The position numbers were made by a program, and so were the translations under genes. Under the pieces are notes generated by a model. It did not search any database, was not told where the DNA came from, and saw only the letters and a program-made list of their open reading frames with translations. Shown here piece after piece: positions 26,100 through 33,830 of a stretch of 44,834 nt of DNA; position 1 is the stretch's first letter; every line of letters begins with the position of its first letter. The stretch comes from an uncultured Candidatus Saccharibacteria bacterium (lineage in GTDB: Bacteria > Patescibacteriota > Minisyncoccia > Phycocordibacterales > UBA9973), in contig CAYZSX010000001.1 in the NCBI GenBank assembly GCA_964481155.1, positions 1 through 44,834 of the forward strand, read 5' to 3'.

Positions 26100-26504
26100 A
26101 TGGCAACTACTGATAAAAAGAAATACATCGAAACCATCGGCCGCCGCAAGACATCAAGCGCTCGCGTTCGTATCACCCCAAGCACCAAGATGAGCTACGT
26201 GATCAACGACAAAGAGCTCGCGACATATTTCCCAACTGACGAACTCCAAAAGGTTGTTACCGATCCATTTACAACGACTGAAAAAATGACGTATTCTGTC
26301 TCAGTCAAAGTCACTGGTGGTGGTATCCACTCACAGGCTGAAGCAGTCCGTCACGGGATCGCTCGTGCACTCGTCGTCGAAGACGAAGCTGACAAGACCA
26401 AGCTCAAGCAGGCAGGGTTCCTCAAACGTGATCCTCGCTCCAAAGAGCGCCGCAAGTTCGGTCTCAAAAAGGCTCGCAAGGCAGGCCAGTGGTCAAAACG
26501 ATAG
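26100..26504 (+). CDS. rpsI: 30S ribosomal protein S9
   Basis: GRRK.S.ARV, GGG...QA.A.RHGI.RAL and a C-terminal RKFGLKKARK..QWSKR tail. Confidence 0.95.
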   Translation: MATTDKKKYIETIGRRKTSSARVRITPSTKMSYVINDKELATYFPTDELQKVVTDPFTTTEKMTYSVSVKVTGGGIHSQAEAVRHGIARALVVEDEADKTKLKQAGFLKRDPRSKERRKFGLKKARKAGQWSKR

Positions 26505-26516
26505 TACCTCTCGAAA

Positions 26517-26541
26517 CATCCTCAGAAATGAGGGTGTTTTT
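26517..26541 (+). terminator. intrinsic terminator after rpsI (end of the ribosomal protein operon)
   Basis: CATCCTCA-gaaa-TGAGGGTG (one G.U pair) followed by TTTTT. Confidence 0.7.
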
Positions 26542-26547
26542 GATATA

Positions 26548-26576
26548 TTGACTTTTTATAAAAAATATGGTAATAT
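26548..26576 (+). promoter_or_regulatory. sigma70-type promoter for the 26617 gene
   Basis: -35 TTGACT (26548-26553), a 17-nt spacer, and extended -10 TGGTAATAT (26568-26576). The leader is about 34 nt. Confidence 0.55.
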
Positions 26577-26616
26577 ATAACCATAACCTGATCATTCACA
26601 TAAAACTACATACAGT

Positions 26617-27015
26617 ATGAAAAAGATATTTTTCCTTGTTTTATTTTTTCTGGTAAAAGAAAGCGTTTTTGCGCAAGTGTCTCAAACATATAGCGTTGAG
26701 ACTTACGAGGCCACACCTAGAGATTCGTCGCGTTCGGCATTGAAAGACCTAGTAGTCATGACAAGGTCGCTGCTAATGCCTCACCCCGACTCCATCATCA
26801 AAACAAAAGAAGGTATCATTCTTGTGTATGGGAATTTTCAAAAAACCATATCAAAAGAACAGTATCTGCAATGTCTTGATCGTTGGATACAGGATAAGGA
26901 GGATGAATTGAGACGTAAAAGTAATCCGCAATACCCTCAAAGCTTCTACCCACAATATTGGGGTAGCCCAAACCAACAACAAGGCCCGACCGGTACAAAT
27001 GGTTACAGGCCGTGA
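26617..27015 (+). CDS. small secreted hypothetical protein with a Q/P/Y/G-rich tail
   Basis: Signal peptide MKKIFFLVLFFLVKESVFAQ. The gene has its own sigma70-like promoter (26548-26576) and terminator (27040-27065), and its sequence is AT-rich. Confidence 0.6.
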   Translation: MKKIFFLVLFFLVKESVFAQVSQTYSVETYEATPRDSSRSALKDLVVMTRSLLMPHPDSIIKTKEGIILVYGNFQKTISKEQYLQCLDRWIQDKEDELRRKSNPQYPQSFYPQYWGSPNQQQGPTGTNGYRP

Positions 27016-27039
27016 TTCTAAGATCTTTAAAAGAATTTT

Positions 27040-27065
27040 AAGCTTCCATTTTTGGGAGCTTTTTT
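27040..27065 (+). terminator. intrinsic terminator after the 26617-27015 gene
   Basis: AAGCTTCCA-tttt-TGGGAGCTT followed by TTTT. Confidence 0.6.
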
Positions 27066-27112
27066 GTTTGACAAATATAATCAAAAAATGTACTTTAACT
27101 CAAAAAACGCTC

Positions 27113-27397
27113 ATGGAAAAAAATCAGATTATAGAAAAAACAGCTTGTATCTATAAACGATTCTACAGCAGATTGTTTTGGCTTATGTTCAAATGTGTTG
27201 GACTTGTTGTTTCTATTCTTTTCCTGATACAAAGTTTTCGGCAAGACCACACCCAAACAATTGTTCTAAGCTTTTTATGTGCAAGTATGTTTTTATATCT
27301 TGTAGGGCTAACTTTTGGGTTGGATCTAAGTCAAGACCCAGAAGACAACCCCTGGCAAGAGCGCAACAAAGCCTTAGAACGTCTTCGCATGTCTTAA
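27113..27397 (+). CDS. small two-TM membrane protein, hypothetical
   Basis: Two hydrophobic helices (LFWLMFKCVGLVVSILFLI and IVLSFLCASMFLYLVGLTFGL). TTGACA lies at 27068-27073 and a GCCC-TTCG-GGGC plus T8 terminator follows. The start is taken at ATG 27113; the track start is 26999. Confidence 0.55.
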   Translation: MEKNQIIEKTACIYKRFYSRLFWLMFKCVGLVVSILFLIQSFRQDHTQTIVLSFLCASMFLYLVGLTFGLDLSQDPEDNPWQERNKALERLRMS

Positions 27398-27404
27398 GCT
27401 CACT

Positions 27405-27424
27405 GCCCTTCGGGGCTTTTTTTA
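27405..27424 (+). terminator. intrinsic terminator after the 27113-27397 gene
   Basis: GCCC-TTCG-GGGC followed by T8. Confidence 0.65.
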
Positions 27425-27453
27425 TTGCAAAAATTCAGTATAATACTGCCCGT

Positions 27454-28020
27454 ATGCAAGACACAGACAACCATGACGATGTGATCATAGACCCTGAGTT
27501 TGTCGAGTCTACTGAGGACGGCGATGAACTCGCAGGATCTAACAAGATCAAAAAGCTTCAAGAAAAGATAAAGAGTCTCGAAAAGGAAAAGCAGGAGTAC
27601 CTCGATGGGTGGCAGCGTGCGCGCGCTGACTACGCCAACCTCCAGAAGCAAACTGAGGAAGACAAAAAGCGCTTCAAAGAAATCTTTACAGAGCGTTTCG
27701 TAGAAGACATGATCCCTGTTGTCGACAGTTTCAGTATGGCGATGAGCAACAAAGACGCATGGGAGAAAGTAGACGCGACCTGGCGCACCGGTGTGGAGTA
27801 TATCTACAACCAGCTCATGGGCGCGCTTGGTGGGCACGGGCTCACGCTGTTTGGTGAGGTAGGGGAAACATTTGATCCTGCTCGTTATGAAGCGATCTCA
27901 GACCAAGAAACCGATAACACAACCCTCGATCATACCGTCGCCAAAGTCATTCAAAAAGGCTTTATGCTCGGCGAAGGTGTGATTCGTCCGGCGCGCGTCG
28001 TTGTCTGGAAAGTGAAATAA
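27454..28020 (+). CDS. grpE: nucleotide exchange factor GrpE
   Basis: A coiled-coil N-terminal half, then R..AD..N..KR and FDP..HEA-like FDPARYEAIS. ATG 27454 lies 9 nt after TATAAT. The upstream part of the track ORF (27178-27453) runs through a terminator and is rejected. Confidence 0.9.
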   Translation: MQDTDNHDDVIIDPEFVESTEDGDELAGSNKIKKLQEKIKSLEKEKQEYLDGWQRARADYANLQKQTEEDKKRFKEIFTERFVEDMIPVVDSFSMAMSNKDAWEKVDATWRTGVEYIYNQLMGALGGHGLTLFGEVGETFDPARYEAISDQETDNTTLDHTVAKVIQKGFMLGEGVIRPARVVVWKVK

Positions 28021-28554
28021 CTACAGCGCGAGTCTTAGAAACTCTTGCTCTGTTTCGCTATCGAGCGTATCAGTGACAAAAATCATGATCTCGGTCGAGA
28101 GGCCGAGGTCTTTTTTGATGTTTGTAAACAGGTGCTCAAAGGGTTGTGGCGATACCCAGACTGCGTTTTTGATACAGACAAATCCTGCCTTTTTGAGGAG
28201 GTAGCGGAAACTCTCGCGCTCAGCTTTGCGTTCTTCGGGGAGGTCGATGAGGACGATGCGCCATTTGCCATCCCAGTGCGGGTTGAGGAGTCCATACTCG
28301 TGCTCAAGCGCAAGGCTGTGCGCTTTTTTCTTGCCTTCGCGGGTGAGGCGCGTATAGGTCTGCTGGCCAGAGTCGTGGCTTTCGACGAGACCGTTTTCTA
28401 CGAGGCCCCTGAGTGACCGTGAGAGAGCATAGCGCTCAGCACCCTTGGCACCAGTCATCTCGGTGAGTTCCGCCTCAGAAATAGCCGGTTTTGAGCCCAG
28501 GAGACGGAGGATTTTCTTGGAGTAGCCAGCTTTTTTGGGAGTATTGCTTGACAT
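28021..28554 (-). CDS. winged-helix transcriptional regulator with a PaaX/Cas2-like C-terminal domain
   Basis: The N-terminal wHTH reads ISEAELTEMTGAKGAERYALSRSLRGLVENGLV. The C-terminal WDGKWRIVLIDLPEERKAERESFRYLLKKAGFVCIKNAVWVSP has the beta-alpha-beta pattern of the PaaX central or Cas2 fold. This assignment is by eye and unverified. Confidence 0.6.
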   Translation of the reverse strand: MSSNTPKKAGYSKKILRLLGSKPAISEAELTEMTGAKGAERYALSRSLRGLVENGLVESHDSGQQTYTRLTREGKKKAHSLALEHEYGLLNPHWDGKWRIVLIDLPEERKAERESFRYLLKKAGFVCIKNAVWVSPQPFEHLFTNIKKDLGLSTEIMIFVTDTLDSETEQEFLRLAL

Positions 28555-28560
28555 GAGAAA

Positions 28561-28569
28561 ATGCTAGCA
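28561..28569 (-). promoter_or_regulatory. extended -10 TGCTAGCAT for the wHTH regulator
   Basis: Lies 6 nt upstream of ATG 28554. Confidence 0.5.
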
Positions 28570-28587
28570 CTATACTCCTTTTTGTAC

Positions 28588-28645
28588 AAGTATTTTGCGG
28601 TCGCGAAAAGTCCGTAAAATCAGCAAAGAATCCTGCAAAATACTT
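28588..28645. promoter_or_regulatory. 11-bp perfect inverted repeat, a candidate operator in the regulator/dnaK divergent region
   Basis: AAGTATTTTGC (28588-28598) and GCAAAATACTT (28635-28645) are separated by 36 bp. The left arm overlaps the palindrome TTGTACAA (28582-28589). The right arm sits where the -35 of the dnaK -10 TAATAT (28653-28658) would be. Confidence 0.45.
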
Positions 28646-28668
28646 TATTAGTTAATATTTTTTGAATT

Positions 28669-30552
28669 ATGGCAAAAATCATTGGAATTGACCTTGGAAC
28701 AACAAACTCAGCGGTAGCCATCATCGAAGGTGGCCAGCCGAAAATCATCGAAAACATCGAGGGTGCGCGTACGACCCCATCTATCGTCGCAGTCGGCAAG
28801 ACTGGCGACCGACTTGTCGGACTCCTTGCAAAGCGTCAAGCGGTGACAAATCCCAAAAATACCATTTACGGTATCAAGCGCTTTATGGGGCACAAGTACG
28901 ATGATCACGGCATGGACAAAGTGATCAAGACATCTCCGTTTGAAGTCAAAGCAGGTACTGATGGTGGTGCACTCGTCCATCTCTCAGACAAAGACTATCG
29001 TCCCGAAGAAATCTCGGCGATGATCCTCCAAAAGATCAAAGCAGACGTCGAAGCAAAGCTCGGTGAAAAGGTAACGGAAGCGATTATCACGGTGCCTGCA
29101 TACTTCAACGACGCGCAGCGCAAGGCAACCAAAGACGCTGGTGCGATCGCAGGACTCGATGTGAAGCGTATCATCAACGAACCGACTGCAGCAGCACTCG
29201 CATACGGATTTAATGCACGCAAAAACGAAAAGATTGTCGTATACGACTTTGGAGGAGGTACATTTGACGTGTCAGTCCTCGAAGTAACCGAAGACGTGAT
29301 CGAAGTGAAATCAACTGACGGTGACTCACTCATGGGAGGTCGTGATATCGATCTCAAGATCATCAACTGGATCGCTGACGAGTACAAAAAAGAATCAGGC
29401 ATTGATGTCACCAAAGACGCCCTTGCACTCCAGCGCCTCGATGAAGCAGCTGAAAAGGCAAAGATCGAGCTCTCGACGACAAACGAAACCGAGATCAATA
29501 TCCCGTTCATCACGAGTACCGATGCAGGTCCACAGCACCTCCTCATGAAAATGACTCGTGCACAGCTCGAAAGCCTCGCTGATGAGTTCATCGCACGATC
29601 ACTCGAGATCACCAAGCGCGCAGTCGAAGCATCACCATTTAAAAAAGAAGAAATCAACCAGATCATCATGGTTGGTGGACAGACCCGTATGCCCAAGATC
29701 GTCGAAGAAGTGCAGAAATTCTTTGGCAAAGAACCCAACCGCTCTATCAACCCTGACGAAGTCGTGGCGCTCGGTGCCGCAGTGCAGGGTGGTGTGCTCC
29801 AAGGAGATGTACGCGACGTACTCCTCCTTGATGTGATCCCGCTCTCGCTCGGTATCGAGACCATGGGCGGCGTCTCAACCAAGCTCATCGAACGCAACAC
29901 GACGATCCCGTCATCCAAGAGTCAGACCTTTTCAACGGCGACCGACAACCAGCCATCAGTCGAGATCCACATCACGCAGGGTGAGCGTCCGATGGCAGCT
30001 GACAACAAATCGCTTGGACGCTTTGTCCTCGACGGCATCGCACCTGCACCACGTGGTATCCCACAGATCGAAGTGACCTTTGATGTCGATGCCAACGGTA
30101 TCCTCAGTGTCAAAGCAAAAGACAAAGCAACCGGCAAAGAGCAGTCGATCCGCATCGAAGCATCGTCTGGTCTCAGCGCAGATGATATCGAGAAAATGAA
30201 AAAAGACGCCGAGATGCACGCAGCCGAAGACGCACAAAAGAAAGAACTGGCTGATGCCAAGAACACCGCAGACATGATAATCTTTTCTGCAGAAAAGGCG
30301 CTCACTGAACACAGCACAAATATCCCCGACGAGATCAAGACTGCGGTACAAGGCAAGATCGATGAAGCCAAAAAAGCAAAAGAGGGTACTGACAAAGCCG
30401 CGATAGAATCCGCAACCAGCGCACTCTCAACTGAAATGCAAAAGATCGGCGAGCACATCCAGAAAAACGCTCCAAAAGAAGAAGCTCCTGCAGGCGAGCA
30501 GTCAGCTCCCAAGGATGCTGAGGCAACCGACACCACAGCTGACAACAAATAA
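28669..30552 (+). CDS. dnaK: molecular chaperone DnaK (Hsp70)
   Basis: [20 protein letters not shown] and VGGQTRMP motifs, 627 aa. Confidence 0.97.
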   Translation: MAKIIGIDLGTTNSAVAIIEGGQPKIIENIEGARTTPSIVAVGKTGDRLVGLLAKRQAVTNPKNTIYGIKRFMGHKYDDHGMDKVIKTSPFEVKAGTDGGALVHLSDKDYRPEEISAMILQKIKADVEAKLGEKVTEAIITVPAYFNDAQRKATKDAGAIAGLDVKRIINEPTAAALAYGFNARKNEKIVVYDFGGGTFDVSVLEVTEDVIEVKSTDGDSLMGGRDIDLKIINWIADEYKKESGIDVTKDALALQRLDEAAEKAKIELSTTNETEINIPFITSTDAGPQHLLMKMTRAQLESLADEFIARSLEITKRAVEASPFKKEEINQIIMVGGQTRMPKIVEEVQKFFGKEPNRSINPDEVVALGAAVQGGVLQGDVRDVLLLDVIPLSLGIETMGGVSTKLIERNTTIPSSKSQTFSTATDNQPSVEIHITQGERPMAADNKSLGRFVLDGIAPAPRGIPQIEVTFDVDANGILSVKAKDKATGKEQSIRIEASSGLSADDIEKMKKDAEMHAAEDAQKKELADAKNTADMIIFSAEKALTEHSTNIPDEIKTAVQGKIDEAKKAKEGTDKAAIESATSALSTEMQKIGEHIQKNAPKEEAPAGEQSAPKDAEATDTTADNK

Positions 30553-30558
30553 AAAAAG

Positions 30559-30567
30559 TGGTAGGAT
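30559..30567 (+). promoter_or_regulatory. extended -10 TGGTAGGAT for the 25-codon micro-ORF
   Basis: Lies 6 nt upstream of ATG 30574. Confidence 0.45.
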
Positions 30568-30573
30568 AGCTCT

Positions 30574-30651
30574 ATGAACAAGAAACGAAAAGTAGCTGCG
30601 AAGAAAAAGCGCAAGAAAGATGGCAAGACCGTAAGTCTCCGTCATCGATAG
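30574..30651 (+). CDS. candidate 25-aa polybasic micro-protein
   Basis: My translation is [28 protein letters not shown] lies exactly 6 nt after the extended -10 TGGTAGGAT (30559-30567). A CCCGCA-GCAA-TGCGGG plus T-rich terminator follows 8 nt after the stop. Confidence 0.45.
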   Translation: MNKKRKVAAKKKRKKDGKTVSLRHR

Positions 30652-30659
30652 CAGAAAAT

Positions 30660-30681
30660 CCCGCAGCAATGCGGGGTTTTC
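30660..30681 (+). terminator. intrinsic terminator between dnaK (plus the micro-ORF) and dnaJ
   Basis: CCCGCA-gcaa-TGCGGG followed by GTTTTC. It lies only 15 nt before the dnaJ ATG, so dnaJ expression needs read-through. Confidence 0.6.
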
Positions 30682-30696
30682 ATTACACACAACCAT

Positions 30697-31764
30697 ATGG
30701 CAAAAGACTATTATCAAACACTCGGCGTTTCCAAGAACGCCTCAAAAGACGAAATCAAAAAGGCCTTCCACAAGATGGCGCATCAGTACCATCCTGACAA
30801 ATCAGGTGGTGATGAAGCCAAGTTCAAAGAAGTAAACGAAGCATACCAAGTGCTCTCCGACGATGAGAAGCGCGCGCGGTACGATCAGTTTGGATCAGAG
30901 GGGCCACAGATGGGCGGCTTTGGCGGTGGACAAGGATTTGGTGGATTTGATTTTGGCAACTTCCAACATGGCGGTGGGTTTGAGTTTGATCTCGGAGATA
31001 TGTTTGGGGATATCTTTGGTGGCGGACGAAGTAGTCGTGCGCGCCGTGGTGCAGACCTCCAGACCACGATCAATCTTTCATTCAAAGAAGCAGTGTTTGG
31101 TGTGGAGCGTGAGCTTCGTATCAAAAAGCCTTCGACCTGTACTACGTGTAAAGGTAACGGCGCCAAACCAGGTACACACCTTGAAACCTGTAGCCATTGT
31201 GGCGGCAAAGGCCAGGTCAAAAGCATCCAGCGCACGATCCTCGGCTCCATCGCGACCAATCAGATCTGTGACAAATGTCATGGCATGGGCAAGATCCCCA
31301 AGAATCCGTGTGAATCATGTCGCGGCAAGGGCGTCGTCAACGAAGAACGCACCATCAAAGTCTCAGTCCCATCGGGCATCCAGCATGGCGAGACCCTCAG
31401 ACTCTCAGGTATGGGTGAAGCGATCCAGGGTGGTACGCCAGGCGATCTCTACGTCCATGTCAGTGTGACCCCACACAAAACCATCGTGAGAAACGGCGCC
31501 GACCTCATCACAACGCTCTCTATAAAACTCACCGACGCACTCCTGGGCGCGACCTATGCAGTCGAGACGCTCGATGGCATGGAGTCTATCTCTATCCCTG
31601 CAGGCACGCGCGTAGGGGACAATGTACTGCTCAAAGGCAAAGGTGTTCCGGTAAGTACTCACAAACGCGGCAACTTCATCATCAAACTCGATATCAAACT
31701 CCCCGAAAAGCTCAGCAAAAAAGCAAAGGAGGTGATTGAGGAACTAAAGAAGGAGGGAATCTAA
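30697..31764 (+). CDS. dnaJ: co-chaperone DnaJ
   Basis: J-domain HPD, a G/F-rich linker and four CxxCxGxG repeats (CTTCKGNG, CSHCGGKG, CDKCHGMG, CESCRGKG). Confidence 0.95.
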   Translation: MAKDYYQTLGVSKNASKDEIKKAFHKMAHQYHPDKSGGDEAKFKEVNEAYQVLSDDEKRARYDQFGSEGPQMGGFGGGQGFGGFDFGNFQHGGGFEFDLGDMFGDIFGGGRSSRARRGADLQTTINLSFKEAVFGVERELRIKKPSTCTTCKGNGAKPGTHLETCSHCGGKGQVKSIQRTILGSIATNQICDKCHGMGKIPKNPCESCRGKGVVNEERTIKVSVPSGIQHGETLRLSGMGEAIQGGTPGDLYVHVSVTPHKTIVRNGADLITTLSIKLTDALLGATYAVETLDGMESISIPAGTRVGDNVLLKGKGVPVSTHKRGNFIIKLDIKLPEKLSKKAKEVIEELKKEGI

Positions 31765-31923
31765 TATGGCTACATGGTTCAATAAAAATATGGTCACAGA
31801 CCATAAAAATGTTTTTAATAATGTTAGGGTGGTCCTAACAAATGGCAAAACATATAGATCTAAGAAAAACACTTCTGTTAGACCCACTGGTTTTGTTGCG
31901 TGATTTTAAGCTATATAAATTAA

Positions 31924-31932
31924 TGCTATAAT
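31924..31932 (+). promoter_or_regulatory. extended -10 TGCTATAAT for lysS
   Basis: Lies 9 nt upstream of ATG 31942. Confidence 0.6.
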
Positions 31933-31941
31933 CCAAAACAT

Positions 31942-33399
31942 ATGGCATCCCTAGAAGAGCTCCGAGAGGAACGGCTGAAAAAGAAGGCGATTTTGCAAGA
32001 AAAGGGCATCGATCCGTACCCAGCACACACAAACCGTACTGATTCGATAGCGGACTTTATCGATCGGTTTTCGATGTACGAAACCGGTGGCGACAAGGTT
32101 ACTCTCGCAGGGCGCATTATGTCCAAGCGCGGACAGGGCGGGCTTGCATTTGCGGATATATACGACGGTACCGAGACTATGCAGCTCTTTCTCAAGTCTG
32201 ATGAGATGGATGCTGCTGCCTATGAGCTTTGGAATGAGACGACTGATGTCGGAGACTTCGTCGAAGCGACCGGTCTCGCATACACAACCAAGCGTGGCGA
32301 GAAAGCACTCTTTGTGAGTGGTTGGAACATGCTCACCAAGAGCCTCCTTCCGATGCCTGAGAAATGGCACGGCCTCACTGACGAAGACGAACGCTACCGC
32401 AAGCGATATCTCGATATCCTGACCAACCCAGAACTGCGGGATATGTTTGAAAAGAAAGCACTCTTTTGGAAAGCTACTCGTGAGTTTATGGAGGACAAAG
32501 GATTTATGGAAGTCGAAACTCCGACGATCGAGGTGACAACTGGTGGCGCAGAAGCCAACCCGTTCAAAACTTTTCACAAAGACTTTGCGCTCGATGTGTT
32601 TATGCGTATCTCAGTCGGAGAGCTCTGGCAGAAGCGCCTCATGGCAGCGGGATTTCCCAAGACGTTTGAGATCGGCCGTGTGTACCGCAACGAGGGCAGC
32701 AGTCCTGACCACCTTCAAGAATTTACCAATATGGAGTTTTACTGGGCATACGCTGACTATCATATGGGGATGAAGCTCGTCGAAGAGCTCTACCGCACCG
32801 TCGCACAAAAAGTGTTTGGGACAACGGTGTTTACCACCCGCGGACACACATTTGACCTCAGTGACGAATGGAAAACAGTGGACTACGTGCAAGAAATCGA
32901 GAAACAAACTGGTATCAATGTCCTCGATGCGACAGAAAACGACATGAAAGCAAAGCTTGATGAACTCGGTGTTGCATACACCGGTACCAACCGCGAGCGT
33001 CTCACTGACACACTCTGGAAATACTGTCGCAAGTCTATTTCAGGTCCCGCATTTCTCGTCCGTGTTCCCAAACTCGTATCGCCACTATCCAAAGCATGTG
33101 CTGACGATCCACGTGTCACCGAGCGATTTCAGGTACTTCTTGCGGGAAGTGAAGTAGGGAACGGATTTAGTGAACTCAACGACCCTGTCGACCAGCGTGC
33201 GCGCTTTGAGCTCCAGCAACAGCTCATCGAGCGCGGTGATGATGAAGCCATGATGCCCGAATGGGAGTTTGTCGATATGCTCGAGCATGGCATGCCACCG
33301 ACCTGCGGATTTGGATTTGGCGAACGACTCTTTGCATTTCTCGTCGACAAACCCCTCCGCGAAACCCAACTATTTCCACTTTTGAAACCAAGGGAGTAA
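31942..33399 (+). CDS. lysS: lysine--tRNA ligase, class II
   Basis: An OB anticodon-binding N-terminal domain, motif 2 YRNEGSSPDHLQEFTNMEFY and motif 3 GFGFGERL. ATG lies 9 nt after TGCTATAAT. Confidence 0.93.
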   Translation: MASLEELREERLKKKAILQEKGIDPYPAHTNRTDSIADFIDRFSMYETGGDKVTLAGRIMSKRGQGGLAFADIYDGTETMQLFLKSDEMDAAAYELWNETTDVGDFVEATGLAYTTKRGEKALFVSGWNMLTKSLLPMPEKWHGLTDEDERYRKRYLDILTNPELRDMFEKKALFWKATREFMEDKGFMEVETPTIEVTTGGAEANPFKTFHKDFALDVFMRISVGELWQKRLMAAGFPKTFEIGRVYRNEGSSPDHLQEFTNMEFYWAYADYHMGMKLVEELYRTVAQKVFGTTVFTTRGHTFDLSDEWKTVDYVQEIEKQTGINVLDATENDMKAKLDELGVAYTGTNRERLTDTLWKYCRKSISGPAFLVRVPKLVSPLSKACADDPRVTERFQVLLAGSEVGNGFSELNDPVDQRARFELQQQLIERGDDEAMMPEWEFVDMLEHGMPPTCGFGFGERLFAFLVDKPLRETQLFPLLKPRE

Positions 33400-33408
33400 T
33401 ATATACCT

Positions 33409-33804
33409 ATGGAAACAATCACTTTTGGGGAACATATGATGCTCGACTGCTACGGCGCAGATCCAGGTCTCCTTGATTCTAAAGAGCATGTCCTCCATGT
33501 ACTAAATGACTTGCCGGAGAAGCTTGGTATGCACAAGCTGGCAGATCCTGTTGTGTACTTTGCAGAAGGAAATGGCGACAAAGACCCTGGTGGGTGGAGC
33601 GGATTTGTCGTTATCATGGAAAGTCACATTAGTGTGCATACCTTCGTTGGAAGGAAGTTTGTGAGCGCCGATGTCTATACCTGCAAAAACGGTATGGATC
33701 AAACATTTATCACTTCGTACTTTAAAGAAGCATTTAACGCAGACGATATCGAGGTACAATTTGTAAAACGAGGAACACGCTATCCTCAAGAAAATATAGC
33801 GTAG
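33409..33804 (+). CDS. speH: pyruvoyl-dependent S-adenosylmethionine decarboxylase proenzyme (small SpeH/SpeD class)
   Basis: Self-cleavage and active-site motif ESHISVHTF, 131 aa. The overall pattern matches small AdoMetDC proenzymes. Confidence 0.8.
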   Translation: METITFGEHMMLDCYGADPGLLDSKEHVLHVLNDLPEKLGMHKLADPVVYFAEGNGDKDPGGWSGFVVIMESHISVHTFVGRKFVSADVYTCKNGMDQTFITSYFKEAFNADDIEVQFVKRGTRYPQENIA

Positions 33805-33817
33805 GTTATCAGATAAC
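33805..33817. promoter_or_regulatory. 13-bp perfect palindrome GTTATCaGATAAC
   Basis: Located in the 26-nt speH-EamA gap. The loop is too short for an RNA hairpin, so a protein-binding site is more likely. Confidence 0.3.
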
Positions 33818-33830
33818 TAGTTACATATCT

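Noticed and set aside
28561-28580. CIRCE-like half-site CTAGCACTA upstream of dnaK.
   Set aside because: Only the left half resembles TTAGCACTC (7 of 9 positions). Nine nt downstream the sequence is TTGTACAAG, not GAGTGCTAA. The TGCTAGCAT string is better explained as the extended -10 of the divergent regulator, 6 nt from its ATG.
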